Below are positions 49,301-63,467 of a stretch of DNA of 64,000 nucleotides, one piece after another. Under the pieces are notes generated by a model, which saw only the letters and a program-made list of their open reading frames with translations, made no database searches and had not been told where the DNA came from. The stretch lies in the NCBI GenBank assembly GCA_013265495.1, contig MU058213.1:5351149-5415148 (forward strand), written 5' to 3'. This stretch comes from Vicugna vicugna (Eukaryota). Position 1 is the stretch's first letter. Every line of letters begins with the position of its first letter. Made by a program: the position numbers and the translations under genes.

Positions 49301-52300
49301 CCAGAAAGAAATGGAAAACACCACTTTAAACACCAAACACTAGATGATAATATTGATTTTCAAAACTTAAATTCCATGAGCTTCAATTTCTGCATCCATA
49401 AAAGGAAGAAACAGGATACTATCACACGGGTGTTTTGCTCAGGGAGTGCTGATTGAGTAAGCGAACCACTGAACTAGTTAATTTGCTGAACAGATGAGTC
49501 AGAGTTCGTGGTTACACGCAGTACAAACTCAATCTGATTAACTAAAGCTCAAACGGAATCTGGGCAAGACATCAGGATGCTCAGAGAACTGGCCAGAAAC
49601 AGATGACCCAGCCCAGGAATGTGGGCTAGAATCCAGGCAGCAGGAAGACAGCCAAGGTCTCGTCACAGAAACAGTCCCTTAGGATGCAGGGCGGGCACCC
49701 CGCCCTCCGGACATCCCCCTGCCGCTGGGCCCTCCCTACGGTGCCACCCTACTCGCTACTGCAACTCTCCTGTCAAAGCAAAATAAAATCCAAAAAAACA
49801 GAAATTGCGTTTTATCTCTGGGATACAGTTCTGTATTTCTGGATCTCCTACCTTCACCATCCGACGTTTCAAAAATGTGTGAATGTGACTATGTGAAGAA
49901 ATCACAGTAATTTTGAAACGGCCTTTTCTTCTACAGCCTGAGGAACGAATTTCAAGTTCAGCCTATGCCTGTGTACCTACTTCTGCCAAGGATTTGGGCC
50001 TTTTTACAAAATAAATCTCAATTCAACAAAATAATCAGGTGGACAGATGGGTAGACAGACAGGATAATTCAATTCAGAAAAAAAAAAGCTGAAAGAAGAT
50101 ATGTCTCAGGCATGTGACTTGAACAGATGAGGACATTTGGACAATGAACTTATCTGAAAGCTACCTGGCACCCGAGACTTGGAGGAAAATGTGATGGATT
50201 CTGTAATTTTAATTTTCCTTTTCACGCCAGAATTTGATCCATAGAGACAAAACGTTTTCTGGCAATAATCTCACGCAAAAGGTTTTCATTTGGGTTTTAT
50301 ACAGGAGGTGTTACGTGAGACAGTAGACAGAATCACCCGTTAACGGTTTCACAAGCACAGAAAGGCTTTTAAAATGAATAAATCTCATGTGAAATATTTT
50401 CTGAGGGCAAATGGTATCTCAGACATGTTCTGCCAGCCATGCTGGAGATGGGGCCCAGGTGCTTTGGCACCTTCAGTGTAGTTCACCACCAGATGCAGCC
50501 TAAAGAGTCTGGCAGTGCGCCGGGTGGGTCCTCCAACTGCACCCCCCCAATGCCAGATGTGTTAAAGCGAGGTTTCAGCACGGGCTTCGCTCCCGTGGCT
50601 GGATGACCCAGTGTCCAACATGTCCCTGCAGCACTGCAGGTCCTCCACGGGGTTAGGCCTTGACTACAGGTGGGAGGGGACGGACCGGCATCTAGTTCTG
50701 GAAGGTTTAAAACCCGACATGTGCTCTCGCCCAGACGGCAGTATGGGTCTCAGTAGCAGGAGGGGTATCTGCTGATGGAAATGTTTCTTGTTTTCCTTTT
50801 TCTGGGAAAAGCCCAGCAGCTGCTCCAACTCAGGTACAGTCACAGAGCCCCCATTAGCTGGGAGGCAGCCCTCCAGCAATGGGGATGCCTGTCAAAAACT
50901 GTATCGCCACGGGTGGGAATGACATCAGAAGCCAAGAGGTAAACCCTAAAATCGTTAGGTTACGCAGAAGAGAGTTGGGGGAGGCCATTAGAACCTGAAA
51001 ACAGCAGTGAATTTGAATGCCTATCAAAGCAACCAAAATGCTGGAAACCCCAACTTTATTCCAAAGAGAGATTTGAGACATGCCTTTTTTTTTTTCTTTC
51101 CACTTTAGGAAGAAATCAAGATGAAGACAAAAATAAAATTAGGTGAGTAAGATGAGGTGTGACATCAATGTGGTTTTCCAGAAATGCATGCCACACGATC
51201 TGCGTAAGTGGGATGAATGTCTGTTTCTCTGTGCAAGGAGGGGCCACTCAGGTGAGGAATAGGAAAGAGGCCCTGACCAGCTCAGGAGAAGGAACAGAAG
51301 GGCCTGGATGGACACGACAGCGTTTTCCTTTCTGAGAAGGGCGTGTTTCCTCACCACTCCATTCTCCACTGACTGAGGTCTACCTCCTCGGCACCAGGCA
51401 CAGACCTCATCACTCTGGGATGCCTCTCCGTTGCAGCGCCTCCTCCCCTACCTCAACCACACCTGCCCAGGCCCCTCTGTGCTCCCAGAACTCTTCTCAC
51501 ACCTTCCATTCGGTGCAGTGAGAGGCTTCACATGAGTCACGCAAGCAGGTGGAAGAGATGATAGCAAAGTGTGTATGTCCCTCTCCTTTTTCTTTTTCTC
51601 GGTCAGGATGGAGTTGGGGGTGTTGGAGGAGATAATGGAAGGGGGAATTCTCCTCGCCATGGAACCAGATTGCTCCCAAGACTGGACCTGAAGGTAGCAT
51701 TACTTTACTCATATCAGAGGATCTAGGTGGAAGGGGTGAGAGGAAATTTGGGGCCACCCCCCGACTCCCCACTTTCCCCTTATTCTACCTGTTTTCTCTG
51801 TGGCAACATGCCTGGGAGACAGGCTCTGGGTCCCATCCCCACTCACCAAGGCCCTCCCCACCCCACACCCAGTCTAGGCCTGGTGCTCTGTCCTTCTGGC
51901 AGCTTTCACCCAGTGTGGGGGAGGGGGAGACTGCGGCGGGGTGGGGAGCTTTGGAGAGGTCCTGGCAGGCGTGAAGACCACAGGTGCAGAGAAAATCAGA
52001 GTTCCTGGGTATATTTTAGGAAAATTCAGTCCTGGGATCTAAATAGAGGGCAGAAGTCAGCCAGGGATGAGGCAGTAAGATCTGGAATCTTTGTCTTCAA
52101 CTCGCAAGTGTTAATGATGCCCCAGAGACGATCATTTGGATAACAGAGCACCGTGCACACACACGCACACAGAGTACCTGACTCTCATACAAACCTGATG
52201 ACTTACATAAGGGCTGTCTCAATTTTACAGACCCAGAAACCCAGTCCTAGGAAGCTGAAATGACTTCCCCCAAAGAAAATGCAAAATACACAAGTGAGAT

Positions 52301-52832
52301 TTGAGTCTTCTACTCCCACAAACTACGTTAATGACAAAATAACCCATGAACTTTAGCAATTATTTCGGATGCTGAAGAATTAGCAAAGTAAGAACAGGAG
52401 GAGAAAGAATATAAAAGAAAAAAAAAAAGATTTACCCGTGTGAAAGCAATCTTGATTAAAACCCCTGATGTGAACTATAAGTGTGGAACTCACTGTGTTA
52501 ATGGACATGATGAACCATGCCGGATTAATAAATTCCTTACAAGTTTCATTTGATCATTATAATCTAATAAGATCTGGACACTTATGATATTTCCACAAAT
52601 TATGTACTTCATGGTGTTTGCTTACAATATTATTACTGTCTGAAGAGATTAAGGTAATTGATTACTGTGTAAAGCTACATGCACTCGTAGTACTTCACGG
52701 GATGAGGTATAAAGCAAGTATGAAGACACACTCTTTACTCCCAATTGACCCTGCATTTCAAATAGGGACTATAGTATCATATGAGATGAGTTGGTGTCTT
52801 TATAATTTGGCTTTAAGAATCCGTTCCCCAAA

Positions 52833-53560
52833 CCCTCCTACACTGCTGGTGGGAATGAAGTTTGGTGCAGCCCCTGTGGAAAACAGTATGGAGATTCCTC
52901 AAAAGACTAGGAATAGACTTACCATATGACCCATAAATCCAGCTCCTGGGCATATATCCAGAAGGAATCCTATTTCACGATGACACCTGCACCCCAGTGT
53001 TCATAGCAGTACTATTTACAATAACCAAGACATGGAGACAGCTTAAATGTCCATCAACAGATGACTGGATAAAGAAGAGGTGGTATATTTATACAATGGA
53101 ATACTACTCAGCCACAAAAACTGACAACATAATGCCATTTGCAGCAACATAAATGCTCCTAGAGAATGTTATTCTAAGTGAAGTAAGCAGAAAGAGAAAG
53201 AAAAATACCATATGAGATCGCTCATATGTGGAATCTAAAAAAAACAAACAAACACACAAACAAAGCATAAATACAAAACAGAAACAGACTCATAGACATA
53301 GAATACAAACTTGTGGTTGCCAGGGGGTGGGGGTGGGAAGGGATAGAGTTGGGTTTCAAAATTTTAGAATAGATAAACAAGATTATACTGTATAGCACAG
53401 GGAAATATATACAAGATCTTACGGTAGCCCACAGAGAAAAAAATGTGACAATGAATATATATATGTTCATGTATAACTGAAAAACTGTGCTCTACACTGG
53501 AACTTGATACAACATTGTAAAATGATTATAAATCAATAAAAAATGTTTAAAAAAAAAAAA
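52833..53560 (+). mobile_element. 5'-truncated L1 of the young family (about 0.73 kb)
   Basis: High identity to about 44922-45649; 18-bp TSD aagaatc(c/a)gttccccaaa (52815-52832 and 53561-53578) with one mismatch; A-tail. Confidence 0.95.
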
Positions 53561-54056
53561 AAGAATCAGTTCCCCAAAGTGAGGCTTTCAGCACATACAT
53601 GCAAAGATTGGGGCGGGGTGGGGGTTTGGCCAGGACTTCATTTACACACACTGCCACCAGGTGGAGGCAGAGGGCCATGGGTTGTGAGCCCTGAAAGGGT
53701 AGTGGAGGATCTGCTAAAATTACAGATTGTTGTACTGGGTTCAAACTCTACAAATTTACAATCATAATTTTTCTATATCTTATTTAAACTAGCTCTCTGG
53801 AGGGGTTTTACAAATGAAAACAAATCTTTCCCTTCAATTTCTTAAGGTTCTTTTTCTCACAAACATCTTCCGAAGAATTGTTAGCTCCTCCTTATGCTGC
53901 TTTAATGTGAAACTCCCCAGATCTCTGAATTACGGTTTGTGAGAACTTCCAAAGCTCAGTCTTAGTCTATGACCTCTCGCCAAGCTTCTCCTTCTGTCAG
54001 ATAGAGTAAGAAAAACTAGTAAAGGGAATTTGGAGGGTGGTGGTGTAAGGTGACAG

Positions 54057-54141
54057 AGGGTGACCAACTGTCCTGGTTTGCCCAAGACTGTCCCAGTTTT
54101 AGCACTGAAAGGCCCATACCCAGGAAAATTCCTTAGTCTCA
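54057..54141 (+). mobile_element. MER94-like hAT-Blackjack fragment
   Basis: agggtgaccaactgtcctggtttgcccaagactgtcccagtttta terminal sequence. Confidence 0.6.
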
Positions 54142-55378
54142 AGGAAAACAAAACATATACATATAGCTTCCAGACTCTCTCTGCTTCAAGAACTTCTTTC
54201 CTTTCCATTAGGAAAATAAGGCAAATGCCTTGTCTTTTGATGAACCCTATAAATCCCATGTACAGAAGCCCTCCTTTAAGTAAGAGTCTCTGCTGCCAGG
54301 TCGGGGGTGTGCTTCACAGCTCACACGGAGGCAGGGTATGCAGCAGGCACACAAATGTGTGCGGTGAAGAGGTGACGCAGGGCGGGTGGGTCAGCCGTTG
54401 CAGGTAAATAGACAGGGCCTTTAAGACGGCTCTCGGTTCCTCACGCCAGACTCTGAGGCTAACCCTTGAGGCCTCTGCCCTGCCAGGTGGAAGGGAAGCA
54501 GGAAGGAAGTCAGCCCCAGCCGACAGAGGGTGCTGACTTGGAGCAAAGACCAGAGGCTCCAGGAAGGGATATATTTAGCTCGGCTCTGTTAATAGCTGAC
54601 CCCCTTGGATCTCCTCAGGGACGTAGCAGGCAGAGTTCTCAACCGTGGAACTCAGACTGGAGTAACGCGAACAGGTTTACAACTTGAAAAGGAGAACGCC
54701 TGTAAGGAAATGGCCTAAAAAAAGGACAACTCCATGGGGATTAGATGAAAGTGTTAGTGTTATTTTGTGAATTGCTCTCCTGAGCAGTGTATCTTCATTG
54801 TATTCATTTCCCATAAATGGTTCAGTCATAATCTAGCTTTCCTTTGGGACACGTGATCTTTGTCAAGGTCGTGTTCTCGGTCACACAGCACTAACAAAGC
54901 CCGCTCTGCACGTGTCACCTGTCAGCGTCCACTAATGAGGAAACCAACAGAATGTGGTCATGCTCTTAAAAACCGAGATCTGGTGAGCATTACCTCTAAG
55001 CCCTCCAGAGAACAGACCAGAGATGCTGACCCTGGAGGCAGGGTCACACGAGGGTGGCAGGGCCATCTTGCCCTGGGGCCAGGAGCAGGCACAGACAATG
55101 AACAAAGGCCACACAACGGCACAAACACTATGGGAACAACACATTTATTTGTTGAATCTGAGGCTAGGGAACTGAAGGCAGCTGAGAAATATGGTTGAGT
55201 TTCCTGACTTGACAATGAATAAGCAGGCTCTAATTTACAATTGCATGGGTGTGAGACTACCATATGTTATGGAAATAGCTGTGGGTTCCTTTAAGAAAAG
55301 ACACGGTGTGAGGACAAAGTTCTTTTGTACTATTGACTGAGTCTACTTTGATCTTCAGAGAATTAAAAACCACCTGGA

Positions 55379-55554
55379 TAGAGTTGCCAGGACGCCCAGT
55401 TACATTTAAATATTACATAAACAATGAAAATATTCTGGTATGTCTCCAATACTGCATAGGACACACTTACACTGCAAGTACTCTCCATTGTTTACCTAAA
55501 GTTCAAATTTAGCTGGACATCCTGTATTTTTATTTGCTGAATCTGATAACCCTA
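55379..55554. mobile_element. MER53-like palindromic MITE
   Basis: Imperfect TIRs tagagttgccag / ctgataacccta; internal inverted arms (ggacgcccagttacattt vs aaatttagctggacatcc). Confidence 0.7.
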
Positions 55555-55789
55555 CAACTGGGAATAAAACGGAAGGGACTGTGAGACGGGGAGAGGACTG
55601 TCGTCACTAAGGCAAAGGAACAGGAAGCTCGCCCAGCATCAGTATCGCCCAAGAGAGAAGCCCAAACAGTGGGAGAGTCCGGGGGTGTGGAGAAGATATT
55701 ACGTACACTTTCTCAGAAATCAGAGAATTGAGAAAACAGGGGGTGGGAAACTATCCAAAACTGACCCTGAAAAGTTCACAGAACTGAAT

Positions 55790-56010
55790 AATAATAGCTA
55801 ACATTTACTGGGTGTTTACTATGTGTTTTGTAAGTATTAATTCATTTAAACCTCCAGTCACCTAAGGTAACTACTATTATTATTGCCATTTTACTGATGA
55901 GGGAACTGAAGCACAGAGGGGTTGGATCATTTGCCCAATGCTTTGTGACCAGCAGGGCCAGGACTAGGGTTTAAACACAAAGTCCAGCTCCAGAGCCCAA
56001 GCTCTTGAAT
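55790..56010 (-). mobile_element. MIR SINE relic
   Basis: 'aataataatagctaacatttactg...gagggaactgaagcacagag'. Confidence 0.75.
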
Positions 56011-57059
56011 TCAATGCGTTAGTCTGGATTCTCTACAAAACCGAGCCAAAGATACACATTTACTTGCTAGCCCTTCACCTGGGAGTGCAATCCCAGGAAA
56101 GCAGGAATGAGGAAAAAGAGGGAAGGTAGGAAAAGGGGGAGAACAAATATAAGAGAAGGGGGTCTCAGACTGGCCACAGATCTGTAACAAGTACAGCTGA
56201 TTGCTTTTCAGCCTCTCGACAAACCAGCCAGGAGGCAGTAGGAGAATTGACCCACTGGCTCTCATTTCCACTGGTCAAACGTGCCCTTGGGATTTTAACT
56301 CTTCCTTCCTGTACTTCTTAGTTGCTCCAGCTGGCCTTTCCAGAGGCCACCAAGGAAGCCAGATTCATTGCAGCAGTAGCATCCAGACATGTGCAAGTTG
56401 ATCAGTAGCACATCCGTGCGTTGCATGTCAGCCAGCAGTGTCTCAGGTCCCGCCTGGGGCACCAGCACGCACGTGTGGATACTGGGTAGACCCACAGACT
56501 CTCAGGCCTCAGTGGGAACAGGGAATCCCTAGGGCAGGAAGTGAAAGGCAGGTGGCCTGTGAGTAACAAGAGGAACTGGAGCAGCTGCCAGTGAGCGCCT
56601 GGCCAGCCAAGCACGTGACGACAGACAGAACTCAAGAAGGACTGAAAGCTCCCCTCCGTGGCCTTGTAGAATGTTGGTTGGCGCCAAGCGATCTTCCTGG
56701 AGGGCCCCATCGGTAAACAGCAACCAGAGCATCGGGGGAGATGCATAATTGCACCGGGCACACTTTCCTACGCCAAGTCCACAGAACTGAATGCTAACGA
56801 TGACTCTATAATACAGCAAAAAATGTACTGAGTTGCCACTCCTGCCAGGCACTATTCTAAATGGTACATTTATGATTTTTACTTTAATCCTCACCACAAG
56901 GTCATGAGGTTCCTTATGATTTTACAGACAAACATGCTAATACAGAGATGGTTAGCAACTTAACCAGCACCATAGCTGGTTAAAGGGGGAGCCAGGTTTT
57001 GAATCTGGGCCATCTGACCCTGGTGTCAGCTCACTTAACTATCAAAAGCCCACTAAAGG

Positions 57060-57520
57060 ATCAGCAAACAAATGAAAAAGACTTCAAAAAATGTGAAAGT
57101 TTGAAACACCAGGAATAAAAAGATGATTCTAAAAGCTTCTGGGAAACAAATCACAACACAACAAGAATCAGAATGGTTATTAGTCTTCTTCACAGCAATG
57201 CTAAAAGCAAGCAAACAGTGGAACAATGGCTTCGGTTTTTAAAAGAAAATAAAATTTCAGTCTAGAGGTTTATTCCAGTCAAATTGTCAAGTATGAAAAC
57301 AGGATAAAGACACTTTCAGACAGGTTTAGACTCAGAAAATTGACCTTTCTTAGAAAGTGACTACAGGATGTACACCAGTCAGACAAAGAAGTAAACTAGA
57401 AAGGGGAAGACATGGCATTCCAGAGACAGTAAATCCAACCTAGAAAAGCCATTAAGAGAAGACCTCAGGTTGATAACTGTGTGGCGGGACTACAGAGCCA
57501 CCCATCCACAGCACAGCAGG
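57060..57520 (+). mobile_element. Ancient L1 ORF1/HAL1-like relic
   Basis: Degenerate ORF1 C-terminal-like sequence ('attctaaaagcttc...atcagaatg...cagcaatgct...cagtggaacaatg...ataaagacactttcagaca'). Confidence 0.55.
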
Positions 57521-59217
57521 AAGAGAAAGGGCTTCACAAAAGAGGATCCAGGAAAAAAGTAGACCCAATAGGGAGGCTGATATGATATAAGAGATGATGA
57601 AGCAACTGGAAAGAAGATGTGATCAGGCAATTATTAATTCAAAGAATGATAAAAGGCTAGATAAGGAAGGACATGGAATCACAGTATTCCAACAGGTTCT
57701 GCAGTGAACACTATTTACGTTGGCATAATGATGCAAACATTAATTACTGATATAATTAAAAGCATGATAAAATTTAGGGGAGAGGATGAGGAAAGAGTGG
57801 AGGTACTAAATCTTCATCTCTAATAACATGTATAAATTAAATTTTTTTCTTTTTATTGTATCTATATGAATTGATGGATGTTAAGTAAACCTATTGTGGT
57901 AATCATTTCACAAGTGTATGTAAATCAAACCATAATGTTGTACACCTTAAACTTATACAGTGATGCATGTCAATTATTTCTCAATACAACTGGAGGGGAA
58001 AAAAACTCTAAAAACTGCAGTTTATGCTATTACTTAAACATGTCAATTTAACTACCAGAAAAGGCAAATAAAATTTCAAAGCAGTTACCTTTAGCAAAAG
58101 ACTGGCAGCTGCTGTACAGGGTACTACTGTTTTGTATTACAAGCATTTTTAGCACTATTTGATTTCTAGATAATGTATATAGTTACTTAATTTTAACAAA
58201 AAGAAAACTTATTTTTAAAAGAGGCAAACCCATGAGAAGAATTCACACAATTAAGAACACAGCTTCATGGATCTCCCTAGTTCTTTTCACAATTCTGCCC
58301 CTTGGCGCTTGGCCAGCTTCCTGAATTCCCATCCTTTGACATCTCACCTGTGTCTCCTGTTTGGGCTCCTGCTTTGGCCTCGATTATCTGGTAACATCTG
58401 GTTCCCCATTCTGACATGCCCTGTTCACACAACGTCCCAGCTCACTTCCTGTCACTGACTTTGATATCTTTCTTGTCCTCCCCCACCCTTTCCCCCAGCT
58501 TACAACACACGTGTCCTAGAAGTGTGGCTTTCATCAAACAATTATAGGAAATACAATCTGCTACGACCGACCAAATCACCTCGTGTCTTATGGTCCCTTT
58601 TCTGCAAAGGGAGACGATTGAATCGAGGTGATCTTTAATCTCCTTCTGTCTCTAACACTCTGCGATTTGTACCCTGATCATAAGGCAGAGCCATACAATA
58701 ATGATCACAAAGAAAGTGACATCTATTCTATGATTAAAGAAAATAACTCCCTGAAGAATCACACTGGGTTCTTTTCACTTTAAAAAGAAATTTGAAACTC
58801 TGTCCATGAACCCTAAAGCATCAGTGGTCCAGATCTGAATCAAGCCAGTGGAAAGTTTAAGTCGAGCACAGACAGTTCCAAAGTCAGTGAACTTGTCATC
58901 TTGATCAAACTTCTTTTACGAACCCTTTTATGAGACAGATATTCAAATTCAGACTATCACAATGGCTCTGGTGACCTCTTAACACAAAGGAGGGAGTTCA
59001 GTTTTAAGTCACCTCACCTCTTAGGGGAGAGAGAGAGAGAGAGAAGCTGGAAACAGACAAAGGCAGACTCTTCCTTTCAAAAAGACCGGCCTGAGCGACA
59101 AGGAGCAGAGTAAGGGCCCAGAGGTGCACAGACTTCCCTAGTGAGGAGAAGGGGGATTCCACTGTGACAGGAAAAGATCTTTTCTTCCCCCTTCCTCCAC
59201 AGTACAGAGCACCAGAC

Positions 59218-59749
59218 TGTGGGGACTAATCCACCTGTGCTGGGCGGCACCCTGCCAGCCTGCAAGCTCTGGACTCACCCAGCCTCAAGACCAGAGGAAA
59301 AGCCCGAGTCAGTGACAGAGACATCAGTGGTTTAATGGATGGGGGATCTTCCATGTCCGAAGGAAAGGGGTCTTGGGGTGACACCCCTCGGTGGACAGTG
59401 GACGGCATACAGCAGCAGTCTTTGCTCCTGAAGGTTGGGGGTGGGGGGTGGTTACCAGTTATAGAGGGAACGGTTGAGTCAGGTTGGCTCATCGGTTACC
59501 TGGGAAACTGGCAGAGGAGCAGGCTCCTCATGGCCTGTTTGATAAACTATCACAGTCGAGATAGTTCTGATCTAAAGGTCAGAACAATCACTAGCTGGGG
59601 CCGGGAGCAAGTACATAGGCATTTACAGATTAGGCTCTGTGATTGGAGGGCAGGTCGGGCAGGTGCGAAGGGCGTAGGTGAAGCAGGGACTGTTCGAGTG
59701 GAGGCACAGAGAGCAAGAGCACAGCCGTCTTGGGTGGCCTGGTCCTACA
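59218..59749 (-). mobile_element. Probable solo ERV LTR on the minus strand
   Basis: Minus strand reads TGTAGGACC...ctataac (about 59460)...ATTAAA (about 59330)...CCCCACA; no clean TSD found. Confidence 0.45.
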
Positions 59750-60042
59750 ACTTGCCAGGTGGATCTCAGCACCAAAAGAGAAATAAAGGTGTGTACTTAT
59801 AATTACTAACAGGGAAGACGTACATGGCTGGTGTAACATACCTTCTAGGGTCAGGGAGAAAATCCTAGGTATATGAGATCCCAGACCCCTTGTGTCACTA
59901 AATAGATTAGGCTTGAGGGAAACTTGCAGGTGTGTCCCAGCAAAATGCACTGGCATCCAGGGAGCCCAGTCCTTTGAAGTATTAATAATCTGTAAGTCTT
60001 TCACAAATAAAAGAAATTAAGCAAATATGATATATCTTGAAG

Positions 60043-60047
<5 letters not shown>

Positions 60048-60081
<34 letters not shown>
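60048..60081. repeat. (AC)n microsatellite
   Basis: Direct reading. Confidence 0.95.
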
Positions 60082-60086
<5 letters not shown>

Positions 60087-62324
60087 TTCTGAAAAGCAGA
60101 TGGTAAACAGAATACTAGAAGGAAAAAAATAGAAATCAACCTGAAAAATCCTCAACGATAAGGAGAAATCACCTAAGGATTCTCAGGCCTCTGCTAAAAC
60201 TGAACTGATTTTTTTCAAGACAGATAACTCCATCCCTGCTAATGGACTTATTCTTGTGCTATGGCATTAGTTCCTAAACTAGAGCACATGGATATACAAT
60301 AATAAAGGTATTCCTTGGAGAAGAAACGTTGTCAACCATGTATATATTCAGTACACATTTACTGAACTAATAAAAACGTTTACCGACTTCCCAATGTGCC
60401 CGGTATATCACTCAGTGCCTTACATATTTTGGCCCATTTCATAACGACCCTGTGAAGTATGAACTATTAGTGGCCGCATTTTACAGATGAAGAAATGGGC
60501 AAAGCAAGGTTAGGGAACACACCTAACAGCTCAGTCCTTATTGCACAGCTAGGGGGCATGTTCTGAACATGGTGCTGCTCGCTGGTCCCTCAGCAGTGGT
60601 GGGAGAGGTGACCTCATCCCTGTCTGGAATTAGACATGAATCTGAAACTTTCACGAAAAGTAGACAGGCATTTAAGGTCATCTAATAGGGTGAGCAGTTA
60701 AGAATAAAGACTACTTGGTGTTAGACATTGGTTTTTTAAAATGTCTAAACACCACTGAAGAGGGTTCACCTCCCTGGCTTCCAGTGGAGGTTTAGAGGGT
60801 TTAATGGGTGACCTGGGCCCTGGGTGGGAAAATTGCTGCCAGATGCCTGTCAGAGAGACCCAGTGAAGAAGTCCTGTTCAAAAGACTGCATTGTAAACCT
60901 GCTTGCAGATTTTCCAGTTTGATAACAAGAGAAGCAGAATCAAGAAGTTTCTTCATTTCTCTGGATCTAGAGGCCCCTATGCCTCAGTAAGGTTGTAAAT
61001 GTCTACCTGGGGCTCGCCTGTGTGCGTGTCTGATGTGTGTGTGCGTGTGCGTGTGCGCGCGAGCGTGCAGTGGTGTTGGGGGTGAGGGAGGAGTGGGAGG
61101 GTCAAAGAATTTCCCCAGAAGCCCAAAGATGTTATTGAAATCTTGTATTTTATCTTTAATATATGCTAATTTTAAATTCTTCCCCATAATGGCTCAGTTC
61201 TTGATTTAATTTTTAAAAATCTCTCCTGAAATGTTCAGTAAATATGACACTCTAGAGAGAGGCCCCATAATTGTATAAAGCTTTGAGAACCCCAGTTCAA
61301 ACCCACATCTGGGTTTGAACTCCATGCACTTGTTCTTTAAATGAGAAGCAGGGCCAGTGGAGAGAGCACTGCATGGGGAGTGAGGCTGCGTCCCACACAC
61401 CCACAGTGGTCGGGAAGCTGAGGATGCTCTGGATGAGGCAACGAAAAAATGAATGAAGCAAGGAAGAAGGGAACAAATGAACAAAGGGGTGTGACTCTCT
61501 GTGAAATACTTGTTTCAAGGAGGCCTGCCCATGTCCCCTGTGACCTGTCTTGATTGCAGAAGATGAGCAATTTTCACTGATACCCAAGGCACAAGCCAGA
61601 CACAAGCACTCAAGACAGACTTTCAGAACAGACCCTGGAGATGCCAAAGGATGAATCTAGCAGGAATAATTAATCACCTGGGAAAAAAAGAACCTGAACC
61701 TGAGAGACAAAGCAGCTGACAAGAGGGGAATTCTATGTGGAAAACTATTAGACATGGGTGTTAGACATCCCTACCGTCTGTGGCAGGAGAATAAATCATG
61801 TTGCCAACAGCAATTTGTGGGTAAAGGAAGGTTACAGAGAATAGAACAGAGGAGCCAGAAACACAGAAGGGTCTCTCAGGAAGTGGACCTCCTAATCTGG
61901 GCTGGGACCCGCAACCCAGAGAGGGGGACACACCAGGTACCCTGAAGTCAGCTAAGGTGACCCAGCTCAAAATCTAATGATGAGAAGGCTTACAGAGGGT
62001 GAGGACAGAGGTCTCTTCTCTTGCATTGCTCGGTGACTGCCTGGCAAAGTGATACAAGAGAATGGGAAGTGTGGCCATTCAAATGCAACTGTATGACAGC
62101 TAATTAATTATATGCCAATTTTTACCCCAGTACGGAATAATATTTGCATTTTTGTGTGCTTCAAATGTGAAGGATGTAGCATTTCTACATCCTGCGTACT
62201 TCCAACATTAAACAAGAAACCATCTATAAAATTATGGAAAAGATTTGTAATCTGCCTTGATTCCTGGGCTAGAGTTTGATGTGTGTGGACTTTAGTCCAA
62301 ACACCTGGGAGAGCTGATGTGAAA

Positions 62325-62580
62325 TATCCAGAATGGAAAAGTGCCTCCACAGAGATAGATAGTAGATTAGCAGATGCCCAGGACCGAGAAAGGGAGTTGA
62401 GGGAAATGGAGAGTGACCGATAAGAGGTCTGGGGTTTTCTTGTGGGGTGATGAAAACTAACTAGAGTGAATTGTGGTGATGGCTGCACAACTTGGGGAAC
62501 TCACTAGAAACCACTGGATTGTGCATATTAGGTGGGTGACTTGTACACGAATTAAATCTTGATAAAGCTATTAAAACAAA
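62325..62580 (+). mobile_element. Old L1 3' end fragment (L1MB/MC-like)
   Basis: 'gtggtgatggctgcacaac...aaaccactggattgtgca...ataaagcta' L1M 3' terminus. Confidence 0.7.
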
Positions 62581-62589
62581 ACAAGAAAA

Positions 62590-62800
62590 CCCTGGGTCAG
62601 GGTCCTAGCACTGCCACTTACTAGTTACATGCCCTTGAGAAAACTATTTACACTTGCCTCAGTGTCCTCATCTGTAAAATGGGGATGATATGAAAGCACT
62701 GTCTCAAAAAAAGGATGTGAATTCTCAGTGCGATCACACATGTGGAGGACCTAGTACAATGTCCTGTATATGGTAGAGACACAATAAATGTCAGCTACCT
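62590..62800 (+). mobile_element. MIR SINE relic
   Basis: 'gcctcagtgtcctcatctgtaaaatggggatgata'. Confidence 0.8.
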
Positions 62801-63409
62801 GTCCGTTTGTCCCAATATAAAAAAAAATGGATTCATATGAAAATCGAGGTTTGGGGTTAGATTGATAGCTCCCCGAACAGGGCCCTCAGACCTCCAGAGA
62901 GCCTAGAAAATAGTCCTTAGGCTTCCTCTCACTGTCTCCTGCCAGAAAATCTACTTGAAGTTGCACAGTTCCCAGAGATCAGGCTGCCCCAGACTCCTAA
63001 AACCATCAGGTTTCTTTGCTTTAGGCCAGAGTTAGATGAACTCAGCATGATTCTTTGCAAATCGAAAGTTCACCTTGGCAATTATATTAAGCCTTTGGTT
63101 AATTATCTGATTATTATCTCGTAAATGCTGTTCATCTGGGGGACAAAAATCTTTCAAAACACAGGGCCCATGGAGGAAACTAATGGAAGGACTTTTGGTG
63201 GTGAAAGGGTGGAAAACCACCGAACCAGGTTTCTCTAAGCTCCTTCAGCTCTATTGTTTGTGTTGGGTTTTGGAGGAAGGGTGTTTGCCAGAGACAGAGA
63301 AGAAAGGCGTTTCGTCCATTACCTTGTGCTGGAACAGCAGCACACGTGACAGCTCGGAGCAGGAGACCTCTGAGAAGAAATGGGGAAGAGAAGAGAGTTC
63401 TCTGCTCCT

Positions 63410-63467
63410 TCTCAACCACTAAGACTTAATTCTGGCTCCTCTCAACCACTAAGACTTAATTCTGGCT
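63410..63467. repeat. Tandem duplication with 30-bp period (28-bp identical core tctcaaccactaagacttaattctggct)
   Basis: Direct reading: 63410-63437 equals 63440-63467. Confidence 0.95.

Noticed and set aside
54845..54940. Cluster of CACGTG E-boxes and TGACA-type motifs as an enhancer
   Set aside because: Short motifs occur by chance; no conservation or chromatin data available to support it
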